Assembly (NCBI GenBank): GCA_964016885.1
Contig: OZ024742.1
Location: forward strand, 227,168,001 to 227,232,000
Length of the DNA: 64,000 nucleotides
Reading direction: 5' to 3'
Origin: Eledone cirrhosa
Lineage: Eukaryota
In this document: positions 1 through 13,468 of the stretch, piece by piece
How positions within the stretch are numbered: position 1 is the stretch's first letter
How the letters are laid out: each line of letters begins with the position of its first letter
Position numbers and translations under genes: made by a program
Notes under the pieces: model-generated
The model's database searches: none
The model's input: the letters and a program-made list of their open reading frames with translations, nothing else
Told to the model about the DNA's origin: nothing

Positions 1-844
1 AATTTTTAATGTGATGAAGTCATTGTGCTCTTTTGTACGTTTCAAGAATTTCTTGCTGATGCAGTTTCATGTGGTATAGAATGTTAAGAGTTTATACTTG
101 GTTTTAGATTACAGCAAATCTGAAACAACAATGTACCATTAAATATGAGTTTTTTCTAAAAACTGAAGCATTTTTAATTTTATTCAATTTTTTTTTTTAA
201 ATCGACAATTATAAATTGTCTGGGCTTTACATTAGATGGAATGTTTAGATAAATATATACATGAAATAATAACATTTTATCTAATATATCATTTAAAGTT
301 CGTGTTTTCATGCTAGAATGGATCGGGCAGATCATCACAGAACAAGCTGGTACTTAATCTCTCTCTCTCTGCATATATATATATATATATAATGAGGTGG
401 GTGTTAACAAGGGCATCCGGCTGTAAAATCCCCGACCAAATTTACAGTCCTCTTTGGAGCATGGTACAGTGTGGCCAATTCTGGTCAGACTTGTCTCGCA
501 ATATGGACAACCCATCTAACCCATGCAAGCATGAAAAAATGAATGCTAAACAGTGATGATGATGAATATATCGAAATAAAAACGTCTTGATTTCATTGTT
601 CTGTAAAGAGCTCAATGGAAGTAAGATGAGAAAAAACCTATTCCAGAGCGTATTTATGAAAGAATATTACAGAAACATTATATATTGTAATACATATGAC
701 AAGGAACAAAAGTAATCAGAATATATTAATTACATTACTTGTTATACCTTTACAGTTATCTTAACCATTTCATTACCATATCTCTAATGAAATACACAAC
801 CCATGTGTTTCAATTTATTTTGAAAATAATAAAGAATTTGATAA

Positions 845-1165
845 AGTGCTTAATTCAGAGATCAGAGAGTCACTCCAGGTAGAGCTGCTACTTCTCCAAG
901 ATCACAGCTCCAATACTACGGGCTTGTGGTTAGAATGTCTCAGGAATGAATCACTGGACAGATTTTATGGGCAAAACCAACCAGCAAGAGATCCAGGTGT
1001 AGACAACGAGCATGATGGTTAGATAACATCCATGAGCTAGGCTGGTCTCGTTTGGAGATCAGTTGGAGACGGTTGGTTCTGACAGGACCCACTGGAAGGA
1101 GTGTTTGAGGACTCTGCCTGCCCCCACGACCCTCTCAGGAATAAGTGGGTGAAGAAGAAGCTGAA
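845..1165 (+). mobile_element. 3' fragment of RTE-like LINE (same family as 61030-62880)
   Basis: Aligns by eye with 62570-62870 (tcagagatcagag...ggataacatccatgag...acccactggaaggagtg). Confidence 0.75.
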
Positions 1166-1449
1166 GAATTTGATGGAATTTAATAATATAGCCTAACGTT
1201 TTCATTGTTAATTTCACTTTATCACCACAATTATTTAGTACAAGGTCTTGTGTGCGTGTGTGTAAAAAACATTGTTTTATGTCTGTCTTCCATGCTAGCA
1301 TGGGTTGGATGTGTTGTCACATTCTGAAACTAGACATGTCATCTGGCTCATATGCTCCATGTTGGTAAGGTTTCTGCTTGTACTGGGTGCATTTTTTTAT
1401 TGGGAGTGCATGCGTATGCACACACACACACATATATATAAATATCATA

Positions 1450-3562
1450 ATCTAAATGAGGAGAATAAATGGGAGAAAGACAGTCTCCCCCACATCGACC
1501 CAATAGAGGGACCAGCAGTGTTAGTCGAGGGTAGTATAATAAGTAAGGCAATCAAAGATATGAAGACGGGTAAGGCAGCTGGGCCTTCGGAAATAGTTGC
1601 CGAGATGCTGAAGGCATCTGGTACGGTGGGACACACCATGGTCACCCGGATAGTCAACCAAGTCGTACAGAATGGGGTTGTTCCGAAGGACTGGCGTAGC
1701 AGCATCATCGTTAACTGTTATAAGGGTAAAGGAGATGCCCTAGATAGGAGTAACTATAGAGGCATTAAATTAATCAACCAGGTCATGAAGGTCACGGAAA
1801 AAGTAATAGCGCAACTAATCAGAGAGAGAATTGATCTAGATGAAATGCAGTTCGGGTTTGTGTCAGGCAAAAGTACCACAGACGCTCTTTTCATTGTACG
1901 ACAACTACAGGAGAAGTACCTAGCTAAAAGTAAACCCCTATACTTAGCTTTTGTCGACTTGGAGAAAGCCTTCGACAGAGTCCCCCGTTCCATTATCTGG
2001 TGGGCTCTTAGAAAACTAGGTGTTGACGAATGGCTTGTGAGAGCTATACAAGTCATGTATAAAGAAACAGTCAGCAAGGTTAGAATTAACAACGAATATA
2101 GTGAAGAGTTTAGCGTAAAAGTTGGCGTCCATCAGGGCTCTGTTCTCAGCCCCCTACTATTTATTATTGCCCTTCAGGCTATAACAGAGGAGTTCAAGAC
2201 CGGTTGCCCATGGGAACTCCTATACGCAGATGACCTAACACTCATAGCTGAATCAATGGCCGAGCTAGAGAAGAAATTCCAAACATGGAAGCACGGCCTA
2301 GAATCAAAAGGCCTTAAAATTAACCTGGCTAAGACTAAAGTTCTAGTTTGTAAGAAAGAAAATAAGGCGGCGGTCCCTTCCGGGAAGTGGCCATGCTCAG
2401 TATGTAGGAAAGGCGTAGGTAGAAACTCCATTTTGTGTCCCAAATGCAAAGTATGGGTGCATAAAAGATGTAGTGGGATCACAGGTAAGCTAACTAAGAA
2501 CATAGATTTTACATGTGGCCGGTGCTCTGGTGCAATAAGTAGCAGCAAGTGCCCACAAAATACTAACTCTTTCAACTGCGCAGAGGGTTCTATAGAAATA
2601 GTGGACAGCTTCCGTTACCTGGGTGATAAAATCAGCAGTGGGGGAGGGTGCTCTGAAAGTACAGTAGCTAGAGTCAGAACTGGATGGAAAAAGTTCAGAG
2701 AGCTTATACCACTATTAGCCGCTAAAGGGTTCTCCCTAAAAATGAAAGGCAGGTTGTACGATGCCTGCATACGAACAGCAATGTTGCATGGCAGTGAGAC
2801 CTGGGCATTGTGTGCAGAGGATATACGCAGACTAGAGAGAAACGAAGCTTGCATGCTCCGCTGGATGTGTAATAGTAATATACGTGAACGGCAAAGCATA
2901 AACGAACTAAGGAAAAAATTAAAAATAAGAGGGATCAGATGTGTTTACTCGAGAGAAGGCTACGTTGGTATGGTCACGTGATGCGCATGAAGGACGATAG
3001 CTGTATAACAAAGTGCAGGGCAATAAAGATAGACGGTAGCCACGGAATAGGCAGACCCAGAAAAACCTGGGACGAGCTGATAAATTCCGACCTCACACAC
3101 TTACACCTCACCAAGACAATGTCACTGGACCGAGACCTTTGGCGGTACTCAGTAATAGAGAAGACCCGCCTTACCTAAATACAAAGTAAAACCTACTACA
3201 GTCAGTAGGCATCTCTAACAAAATACACCCCCGCCCCACCACCCCCACCCCATCCACACCACCCCTTTCAATGTAAAGTTATGTTGGTGCCACAACATCC
3301 AGGCCGAAACAAATGAGATCGTGTAGGTGTCACGTCAAAAAAACACACAGTTCACGCTGTAATGTGGCCATGTAGGCAACACGGTAAAAACCTCCCAGCC
3401 CCACACTGTAAATGTGGTTGGTGTTAGGAAGGGTATCCAGCTGTAGAAAACCCGCCAGATAGTCCTATGCGAGCAAGATAATCACTCTTGCCTCAAGTGG
3501 GAAAACCCCCGTCCAAACCCATGCAAGCGTGGAACACGGACGTTAAACGATGATGATGATGA
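1450..3562 (+). mobile_element. 5'-truncated RTE-clade LINE: RT domain, PHD-like Cys-rich insert, 3' UTR, (GAT)n tail
   Basis: RT motifs KGKGD..NYRGI, QFGF, FVDLEKAFDRV, GVHQGSVLSP, LYADD. Cys cluster CSVC..CPKC..WVHKRC..CGRC. C-terminal RRLRWYGHV..GRPRKTW. One frameshift near 2943 (1 nt shorter than the copy at 18403). (gat)n tail. Confidence 0.93.
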
Positions 3563-4978
3563 TCATCATCATCATCATCATCACCATCATCATTGTTTAA
3601 AGTCCATTTTCCACGCTAGCTTGTGTTAGATGAGCTATCCTGTGAGACAAGCCAAGTCAGATGACCATTTTTTGCTCATACAACTGATACTGGCTTGGTT
3701 TCTATAGCTGGATGCTCTTCCTAATGCCAACCATATTTACAGTGTGGACTGTCTGCTTTTTCTCATGACACCTACATGCCCACTTTACAGTGTGGGCTGG
3801 GCTCTCGTTGTGGCACCAAAATGACTACTTTATAGAGTGGCTTGGGGACTTAGGTGAGGGAGGTGCATGGAGATTGAGGAGGTATATCTAGGGGTAGGGT
3901 ATTAGGACATGGGAGGGTTGATGAAAGGGAAGGTTGCACATACTAGATGTATGCCTCAGCCCCTGCATGTGGGAAGGCAGGTCTTCTGTATTACTGCATA
4001 ATGCTAGAAATCATGGTCGTGTGTGTCATCGCCTTTGAGAGGTGCAATTGTGCAAGGTCAGCTTTTATCACCTCATCCAAAGTCTTCCAAGATCTTCTTA
4101 CTCCACAGCTTCCATCTACTTTGAGCACTCTGCACCTTTTTATACAGCTGCCATCATTCATATACATCACATGTCCAAACCAATGTAATCTCCTCACCTG
4201 CACACTGCATCTGATCCCTCTTATGCCCAATTTTTCTCTCATTCTCTTCATTTATGTTTTGCCATTCATGTACATGTATATCACTATTACACATCCTTCG
4301 AGCATGGAAGCTTCATTTCTTTCCAGTTTTCGCAGGTCCTCTGCACACATTGCTGTTTGTATACATGTATCATACAATCTGCTCTTCATTTAGAGGGGAA
4401 CATCTTTTGTAGTTAGCAGTGGTTGTAACTCCCTGAACTTTCTCCAACCCGTTCTCACTCTGGCTACTGTACTTTCGGAACACCCTCTTCCGCTGCTAAT
4501 TTGGTCACCCAGGCAGCAAAAACTATCTACTACTTCTACAGAGCCCTCTGGGACAAAGGATGGAATTTCTACCTATCCTTTTTCTGCATACTGAGCAAGG
4601 CCATTTCCCTGGGGGAATCTGGGCCTTGTTTTAATTTCTACAAACTAGAACTTTAAGACTTTTTGACTCTAGACCATGCTTCTAGGTTTGGAATTTCTTC
4701 TCTAATTCTGCCATAGATTCAACTATAAAGGTTAGGTCATCTGCATATACACAAGTTCCCATGGGAAGCCAGTCTTAAATTCTCCATTATAGCTTGCAGG
4801 ACAATAATAAACAGGAGTGGGCTAAGAACTGAGCCTTGGTGGATACTAACATACAGGCTTAATTCTTCGCTATAGTCATTGTTAATTCTGACTTTGCTGA
4901 AGCCACTTGTCTGTTCCCAGTTTTCTAAGAGCCCACCTGATAATAAGCTTTCTCCTGGTCCACAGAAGCCTAGTAGAG
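3563..4978 (-). mobile_element. Degenerate RTE LINE, tail-to-tail with previous copy
   Basis: Minus-strand remnant RRLHWFGHV...RRSWKTLDEVIKADL; ccatgggaa (PWE) RT remnant; (cat)n tail at left end. Confidence 0.85.
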
Positions 4979-4979
4979 A

Positions 4980-5033
<54 letters not shown>

Positions 5034-5059
5034 GATATATATAGTTTATTGGTAAAAAA

Positions 5060-5943
5060 AGGTGTTGATGAGTAGAAAAGAGGACAAAACCCTGATTCCG
5101 TCAGGGAAATGGCCATGTTCGATATGCAGAAAAGGAACTGGCATAAATTCTATAAAATGCACACAATGTAGGTCCTGGGTACACAAGAGATGTAGCGGGA
5201 TAGCAGGCAAACTAACAGGTAGGGAGAAATATGTATGCAGTAGATGTACAGGGAAATTAGACAGTAGAAGTGGCACTGATAGACACATTTTTCAAATGCG
5301 AGAGGGCGCTATAGAAGTGGTGGATAGCTTCCGGTACTTAGGAGATCAGATTAGCATGGGAGGAGGGTGTTTCGAAGCCATAGTATCTAGAATAAGGACG
5401 GGTTGGAAGAAGTTTAGGGAGCTGCTTCCTCTGTTGACGAAGAAGGGTTTCTCCCTGCGTACGGAAGGCCGGTTGTATGATGCCTGTGTGAGGAGCGCGA
5501 TGCTGCATGGTAGTGAGACATGGGCAGCAACCGCAGAAGATATGCGACGGCTGGAGAGAAATGAGGCAAGCATGCTCCGTTGGATGTGCAGTGTAAATGT
5601 GCGTGAACGACCCAGCATAAATGTGTTGAGAGAGAAACTGTGTCTGAGAGGGATAGAATGTAGTGTACGGGAGAGGAGACTGAGGTGGTATGGACATGTG
5701 ATGCGCATGGAGGATGACCGATGGGTGAAGAAGTGCCAGGAAATACCAGTTGAAGGAAGACGTGGTAGAGGTAGACCACGAAAAACATGGGCGGAGGTGG
5801 TGAGAACAGACCTCAGATCATTGAAGCTCACGGTGGAGATGACGAGGGACCGTGACGAGTGGAGAGATGCTGTGCTGAATAAGACCCGTCCCACCCTTGC
5901 AAGCAGGGAAAAGCGGACGTAAAATGATGATGATGATGATGAT
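5060..5943 (+). mobile_element. 5'-truncated RTE LINE, different subfamily, open to stop
   Basis: ORF 5062-5922 with the same Cys-rich domain and RRLRWYGHV/GRPRKTW; (gat)n tail; preceded by (TA)n. Confidence 0.9.
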
Positions 5944-6084
5944 ATTGGTGTATAACATTTAGTTATTGATGGTTCAACAATTTGAGCACTCAATGCTAAT
6001 ATTTGGGTCCAACTACCAATGTGGGATTCTATGTTTGGTATTTCACCATAGTGAGTATCCTTAAGAAACAATGTTAATAATAAT

Positions 6085-6270
6085 AATTTCTACTTTTGGC
6101 ACAAGGCCAGCAATTATCCCCGTGCATTACTGGTACTTTATTTTATCGACCCCGTAAGGATAAAAGGCAAAGTTAACCTCGACGGGATTTGAACTCAGAC
6201 CATAAAGGGCCGTAACTCTATGCTGCAAAGCATGGCATCCTATCCTCTACCGATACTGCCAATCCAAAGC
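6085..6270 (-). mobile_element. tRNA-derived SINE with Nin-like domain
   Basis: Reverse complement contains gagttcaaatccc (B box) and gccttttatccttacggggtcgataaaataaagtaccag, shared with the copies at 35925-36800, 47053-47270 and 58945-59270. Confidence 0.7.
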
Positions 6271-6343
6271 CCATTAATAATAATAACAATAAGGAACAAG
6301 AATGAAGTATCAATATAACATTGTTTATTCACACACAAGGCCA

Positions 6344-6390
<47 letters not shown>

Positions 6391-7097
6391 GATCATATCA
6401 TCATCATTTAACATCCATGTCCCTTGCTAGCATGGGTCATTACCGACTGGGCCAGTATTCAAGAAGAGCTACTGACCTTTCAGACAGACAAAGCATGTAT
6501 GTTTGTATGTATGTATGTTTGTATGTATGTATGTACGTATGTATGTTTGTGTGTATTTATATATGTGTAACATTCCTACAAAGTGACAGAAACAACCAAC
6601 AACAAAAAGAAAGAAGTGATATAGGACCATGTACACTCCCTACCTCTCTCCATATTAAATATGTATCCCTCCTCCCTATCACGGGCTTTCATGTTATTTT
6701 TAAGGCCTGTTGCAGATCCCACAGGGTGTATGACACCATCACATGTATTTCTTTATTGGTATTTGTATGTGACACATTAAGGTGTCTTGCCAAACCTGAT
6801 TTTGACTGAGTGATTTGTTTTATATATAAAAGTTTCTATTATATACAATAATCTTTTAAGTTATTTGAAACTGTTTTTTATATTTGTCGACGATAATAAG
6901 ATTTAAGAACAAGACTTTGTATCATATTAGACATAGGAGATTGGGGTATTGTGACCTTTTTCCATGGACGACAGTAGCTTAACTCAAGTGAACTTTCATC
7001 AACCCCATTTTTTGTTTAGTTGATGACAAAACATTCAATTATAATTCATAGAGCACAATTAAAAATAAGGTAAAATATGAAAAGACAAATTCTACGC

Positions 7098-7681
7098 ACT
7101 CAGTTGTATGACATATCTCAGCTGAATGTCTTACCTCAGTTGTACGTCATATCTCATTTGTATGTCATATCTCACTTGTATGTCATATCTCAGTTGTATG
7201 ACATATCTCAGCTGAATGTCTTACCTCAGTTGTACATCATATCTCAGTTGTATGTCATGTCATATCTCAGTTATGTCATATTTCAGTTGTATGTCATATC
7301 TCAGTTGTATGTCATATCTCAACTGTATGACATATCTCAGTTGTATGTCATATCTCAGTTGTATGTCATATCTCAGTTATATGTCGTTATATCTCATATC
7401 TCAGTTGTATGTCATATCTCAACTGTATGACATATCTCACTTGTATGACATATCTCAGTTGTATGTCATATCTCAGTTGTACGTCATATCTCACTTGTAT
7501 GTCATATCTCAGTTGTACGTCATATCTCAGTTATATGTTATATTTCACTTGTATGTGATATCTCACTTGTATGTGATATCTCAGCTGTATGTCATATCTC
7601 AGCTGTATGTCATATCTCAGCTGTACATCATATCTCAACTGTTTGCCATACCTCAGCTGCATGTCATATCCCACTTGTATG
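7098..7681. repeat. 18-bp minisatellite (CAGTTGTATGTCATATCT), ~30 degenerate copies
   Basis: Direct reading; gives the YVISQL/SYLSCM repeats in the ORF track. Confidence 0.95.
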
Positions 7682-7685
7682 TGAG

Positions 7686-10600
7686 AGTTCCCACTGTTGT
7701 AGACCAGGGCTCCAGTTTCCCACTGTTGTAGACCAGGGCTCCAGTTTCCCACTGTTGTAGACCAGGGCTTCAATTTCCCACTGTTGTAGGCCAGGGCTCC
7801 AGTTTCCCACTGTTGTAGACCAGGACTTCAATTTCCCACTGTTGTAGGCCAGGGCTCCAGTTTCCCACTGTTGTAGACCAGGACTTCAATTTCCCACTGT
7901 TGTAGGCCAGGGCTCCAGTTTCCCACTGTTGTAGACCAGGGCTCCAGTTTCCCACTGTTGTAGACCAGGGCTCCAGTTTCCCACTGTTGTAGACCAGGGC
8001 TCCAGTTTCCCACTGTTGTAGACCAGGGCTCCAGTTTCCCACTGTTGTAGACCAGGGCTCCAATTTCCCACTGTTGTAGACCAGGGCTCCAGTTTCCCAC
8101 TGTTGTAGACCAGGGCTCCAGTTTCCCACTGTTGTAGACCAGGGCTTCAATTTCCCACTGTTGTAGGCCAGGGCTCCAGTTTCCCACTGTTGTAGACCAG
8201 GGCTCCAGTTTCCCACTGTTGTAGACCAGGGCTCCAGTTTCCCACTGTTGTAGACCAGGGCTCTAATTTCCCACTGTTGTAGACCAGGGCTCCAGTTTCC
8301 CACTGTTGTAGACCAGGGCTCCAGTTTCCCACTGTTGTAGACCAGGGCTCCAGTTTCCCACTGTTGTAGACCAGGGCTCCAGTTTCCCACTGTTGTAGAC
8401 CAGGGCTTCAATTTCCCACTGTTGTAGACCAGGGCTCCAATTTCCCACTGTTGTAGGCCAGGGCTCCAGTTTCCCACTGTTGTAGACCAGGGCTCCAGTT
8501 TCCCACTGTTGTAGACCAGGGCTCCAATTTCCCACTGTTGTAGACCAGGGCTCCAATTTCCCACTGTTGTAGGCCAGGGCTCCAGTTTCCCACTGTTGTA
8601 GACCAGGGCTCCAGTTTCCCACTGTTGTAGACCAGGGCTTCAATTTCCCACTGTTGTAGGCCAGGGCTCCAGTTTCCCACTGTTGTAGACCAGGGCTCCA
8701 GTTTCCCACTGTTGTAGACCAGGGCTCCAGTTTCCCACTGTTGTAGACCAGGGCTCCAGTTTCCCACTGTTGTAGACCAGGGCTTCAATTTCCCACTGTT
8801 GTAGGCCAGGGCTCCAGTTTCCCACTGTTGTAGACCAGGGCTCCAATTTCCCACTGTTGTAGGCCAGGGCTCCAGTTTCCCACTGTTGTAGACCAGGGCT
8901 TCAATTTCCCACTGTTGTAGGCCAGGGCTCCAGTTTCCCACTGTTGTAGACCAGGGCTCCAGTTTCCCACTGTTGTAGACCAGGGCTCCAGTTTCCCACT
9001 GTTGTAGACCAGGGCTCCAGTTTCCCACTGTTGTAGACCAGGGCTCCAGTTTCCCACTGTTGTAGACCAGGGCTCCAGTTTCCCACTGTTGTAGACCAGG
9101 GCTCCAGTTTCCCACTGTTGTAGACCAGGGCTCCAGTTTCCCACTGTTGTAGACCAGGGCTCCAGTTTCCCACTGTTGTAGACCAGGGCTCCAGTTTCCC
9201 ACTGTTGTAGACCAGGGCTCCAATTTCCCACTGTTGTAGGCCAGGGCTCCAGTTTCCCACTGTTGTAGACCAGGGCTCCAATTTCCCACTGTTGTAGGCC
9301 AGGGCTCCAGTTTCCCACTGTTGTAGACCAGGGCTTCAATTTCCCACTGTTGTAGGCCAGGGCTCCAGTTTCCCACTGTTGTAGACCAGGGCTCCAGTTT
9401 CCCACTGTTGTAGACCAGGGCTCCAGTTTCCCACTGTTGTAGACCAGGGCTCCAGTTTCCCACTGTTGTAGACCAGGGCTCCAGTTTCCCACTGTTGTAG
9501 ACCAGGGCTCCAGTTTCCCACTGTTGTAGACCAGGGCTCCAGTTTCCCACTGTTGTAGACCAGGGCTCCAGTTTCCCACTGTTGTAGACCAGGGCTCCAG
9601 TTTCCCACTGTTGTAGACCAGGGCTCCAGTTTCCCACTGTTGTAGGCCAGGGCTCCAGTTTCCCACTGTTGTAGACCAGGGCTTCAATTTCCCACTGTTG
9701 TAGGCCAGGGCTCCAGTTTCCCACTGTTGTAGACCAGGGCTTCAATTTCCCACTGTTGTAGGCCAGGGCTCCAGTTTCCCACTGTTGTAGGCCAGGGCTC
9801 CAGTTTCCCACTGTTGTAGGCCAGGGCTCCAGTTTCCCACTGTTGTAGACCAGGACTCCAGTTTCCCACTGTTGTAGACCAGGGCTCCAGTTTCCCACTG
9901 TTGTAGACCAGGGCTCCAGTTTCCCACTGTTGTAGGCCAGGGCTCCAGTTTCCCACTGTTGTAGACCAGGGCTCCAGTTTCCCACTGTTGTAGACCAGGG
10001 CTCCAGTTTCTCACTGTTGTAGACCAGGGCTTCAATTTCCCACTGTTGTAGGCCAGGGCTCCAGTTTCCCACTGTTGTAGACCAGGGCTCCAGTTTCCCA
10101 CTGTTGTAGACCAGGGCTCCAGTTTCCCACTGTTGTAGACCAGGACTCCAGTTTCCCACTGTTGTAGACCAGGGCTCCAGTTTCCCACTGTTGTAGACCA
10201 GGGCTTCAATTTCCCACTGTTGTAGGCCAGGGCTCCAGTTTCCCACTGTTGTAGACCAGGGCTCCAGTTTCCCACTGTTGTAGACCAGGGCTCCAGTTTC
10301 TCACTGTTGTAGACCAGGGCTTCAATTTCCCACTGTTGTAGGCCAGGGCTCCAGTTTCCCACTGTTGTAGACCAGGGCTCCAGTTTCCCACTGTTGTAGA
10401 CCAGGGCTCCAGTTTCCCACTGTTGTAGGCCAGGGCTCCAGTTTCCCACTGTTGTAGGCCAGGGCTCCAGTTTCCCACTGTTGTAGACCAGGGCTTCAAT
10501 TTCCCACTGTTGTAGACCAGGGCTCCAGTTTCCCACTGTTGTAGGCCAGGGCTCCAGTTTCCCACTGTTGTAGACCAGGGCTCCAGTTTCCCACTGTTGT

Positions 10601-12676
10601 AGACCAGGGCTCCAGTTTCCCACTGTTGTAGACCAGGGCTTCAATTTCCCACTGTTGTAGGCCAGGGCTCCAGTTTCCCACTGTTGTAGACCAGGGCTTC
10701 AATTTCCCACTGTTGTAGGCCAGGGCTCCAGTTTCCCACTGTTGTAGACCAGGGCTCCAGTTTCCCACTGTTGTAGACCAGGGCTTCAATTTCCCACTGT
10801 TGTAGGCCAGGGCTCCAGTTTCCCACTGTTGTAGACCAGGGCTCCAGTTTCCCACTGTTGTAGACCAGGGCTCCAGTTTCCCACTGTTGTAGGCCAGGGC
10901 TCCAGTTTCCCACTGTTGTAGACCAGGGCTCCAATTTCCCACTGTTGTAGGCCAGGGCTCCAGTTTCCCACTGTTGTAGACCAGGGCTCCAGTTTCCCAC
11001 TGTTGTAGACCAGGGCTCCAGTTTCCCACTGTTGTAGGCCAGGGCTCCAGTTTCCCACTGTTGTAGGCCAGGACTCCAGTTTCCCACTGTTGTAGACCAG
11101 GGCTCCAGTTTCCCACTGTTGTAGACCAGGGCTCCAGTTTCCCACTGTTGTAGGCCAGGGCTCCAGTTTCCCACTGTTGTAGACCAGGGCTCCAATTTCC
11201 CACTGTTGTAGACCAGGGCTCCAATTTCCCACTGTTGTAGACCAGGGCTCCAGTTTCCCACTGTTGTAGGCCAGGGCTCCAGTTTCCCACTGTTGTAGGC
11301 CAGGGCTTCAATTTCCCACTGTTGTAGACCAGGGCTTCAATTTCCCACTGTTGTAGACCAGGGCTCCAGTTTCCCACTGTTGTAGACCAGGGCTCCAGTT
11401 TCCCACTGTTGTAGACCAGGGCTTCAATTTCCCACTGTTGTAGACCAGGGCTCCAATTTCCCACTGTTGTAGGCCAGGGCTTCAATTTCCCACTGTTGTA
11501 GACCAGGGCTTCAATTTCCCACTGTTGTAGACCAGGGCTCCAGTTTCCCACTGTTGTAGGCCAGGGCTCCAGTTTCCCACTGTTGTAGGCCAGGACTCCA
11601 GTTTCCCACTGTTGTAGACCAGGGCTCCAGTTTCCCACTGTTGTAGACCAGGGCTCCAGTTTCCCACTGTTGTAGACCAGGGCTTCAATTTCCCACTGTT
11701 GTAGACCAGGGCTCCAATTTCCCACTGTTGTAGGCCAGGGCTCCAGTTTCCCACTGTTGTAGACCAGGGCTTCAATTTCCCACTGTTGTAGGCCAGGGCT
11801 CCAGTTTCCCACTGTTGTAGGCCAGGGCTCCAGTTTCCCACTGTTGTAGGCCAGGGCTCCAGTTTCCCACTGTTGTAGACCAGGGCTCCAGTTTCCCACT
11901 GTTGTAGACCAGGGCTCCAGTTTCCCACTGTTGTAGACCAGGGCTTCAATTTCCCACTGTTGTAGACCAGGGCTTCAATTTCCCACTGTTGTAGGCCAGG
12001 GCTCCAGTTTCCCACTGTTGTAGACCAGGGCTTCAGTTTCCCACTGTTGTAGACCAGGGCTCCAGTTTCCCACTGTTGTAGACCAGGGCTCCAGTTTCCC
12101 ACTGTTGTAGACCAGGGCTCCAGTTTCCCACTGTTGTAGACCAGGGCTTCAATTTCCCACTGTTGTAGACCAGGGCTTCAATTTCCCACTGTTGTAGACC
12201 AGGGCTCCAGTTTCCCACTGTTGTAGACCAGGGCTCCAGTTTCCCACTGTTGTAGACCAGGGCTCCAGTTTCCCACTGTTGTAGACCAGGGCTTCAATTT
12301 CCCACTGTTGTAGACCAGGGCTCCAGTTTCCCACTGTTGTAGACCAGGGCTCCAGTTTCCCACTGTTGTAGACCAGGGCTTCAATTTCCCACTGTTGTAG
12401 ACCAGGGCTCCAGTTTCCCACTGTTGTAGACCAGGGCTTCAATTTCCCACTGTTGTAGACCAGGGCTCCAGTTTCCCACTGTTGTAGACCAGGGCTCCAG
12501 TTTCCCACTGTTGTAGACCAGGGCTTCAATTTCCCACTGTTGTAGACCAGGGCTTCAATTTCCCACTGTTGTAGACCAGGGCTCCAGTTTCCCACTGTTG
12601 TAGACCAGGGCTTCAATTTCCCACTGTTGTAGACCAGGGCTTCAGTTTCCCACTGTTGTAGACCAGGGCTCCAATT
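7686..12676. repeat. 29-bp tandem satellite (CCAGTTTCCCACTGTTGTAGACCAGGGCT), ~170 copies
   Basis: Direct reading; constant unit length with only a few recurring substitutions. Confidence 0.98.
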
Positions 12677-12708
12677 TGAGGAAGTAAAATATTTAACTAA
12701 TTAGAAGT

Positions 12709-12946
12709 TAACTTTTTCATTACCATATTTATAATGAAATACACTGTATTTAAATTAATGAAGAATCTGGAGAGATTTACTAAAATAATTAATTATTTCA
12801 TTATAAAAATGGTATTTGTAATATTAGTCAACAAAAAGTTCTTATGTCAAGTTATATTGGAAGATTTAAATTAAAATAGGCACCTGGGTTGTTTTGTTTC
12901 ATAAAACTAGCAGTAGTTTGGGGTGGGGTGGTATCAAAAGGGTTAA
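12709..12946. mobile_element. piggyBac-type MITE family A
   Basis: Starts taactttttcattaccatatt and ends tatcaaaagggttaa (TTAA-CCCT type termini). Homologous to copies at 761, 13011, 15024, 17241 and 38365. Confidence 0.65.
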
Positions 12947-13010
12947 ATTAACCCTATTAATACTAACTCACCTGTGACTAGCCAGGTTCTAAGATACAAA
13001 ACCATCAGTC

Positions 13011-13468
13011 TTAACCCTTTCATGACCACATTTCTAATGGAATACACATTATTTTCGTTAATTAAAAAAGAATTTTGAGGGATTTACTAAAATTATTATT
13101 TTATTATTAAGATAGTAACTTAATACAAGGTTCGTATATAAAATATTATTGGAAGATTTTAATTTAAATTGGAAACCTTTAACCATTTAGCATTTACATT
13201 ACTCTATATATACGATTGTATTTTCACAGTAAACACTTTATCTCACATAATTATCTCCCATAATATCAAATCTACAAGATTTTGATATTTATTTTGAGAA
13301 CAATGCCTTAACATAAGTATGAGCAGCTGGTTACGGCTGGTTTGAACAGAAAGAGGTGTGGGAATTCTGGCTGGATACAACCGGTTTAAATGCTAAAGGG
13401 TTAAAATGGGTGGTTTTATTTCATAGAACCAGAGCCAGTTTTGGCCAGGTTGGTAACTAAAAGGTTAA
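13011..13468. mobile_element. MITE family A with nested MITE family B (13179-13404)
   Basis: Outer ttaacccttt...aaaaggttaa. Inner ttaaccatttagcattta...taaatgctaaagggttaa, with inverted termini and TTAA ends. Confidence 0.75.

Noticed and set aside
7531-12616. Long minus-strand ORFs (GNWSPGLQQWETGALVYNSGKLEPWSTTV repeats)
   Set aside because: Translation of a 29-bp satellite; the same peptide appears in all three frames.
7686-12676. CRISPR-like appearance of 29-bp repeats
   Set aside because: No unique spacers, no cas genes, eukaryotic context.
7686-12676. Array of CSL/Su(H)-like sites (GTGGGAA) in each unit
   Set aside because: The preceding base is A rather than the consensus pyrimidine, and a short motif match in a satellite is not evidence of function.
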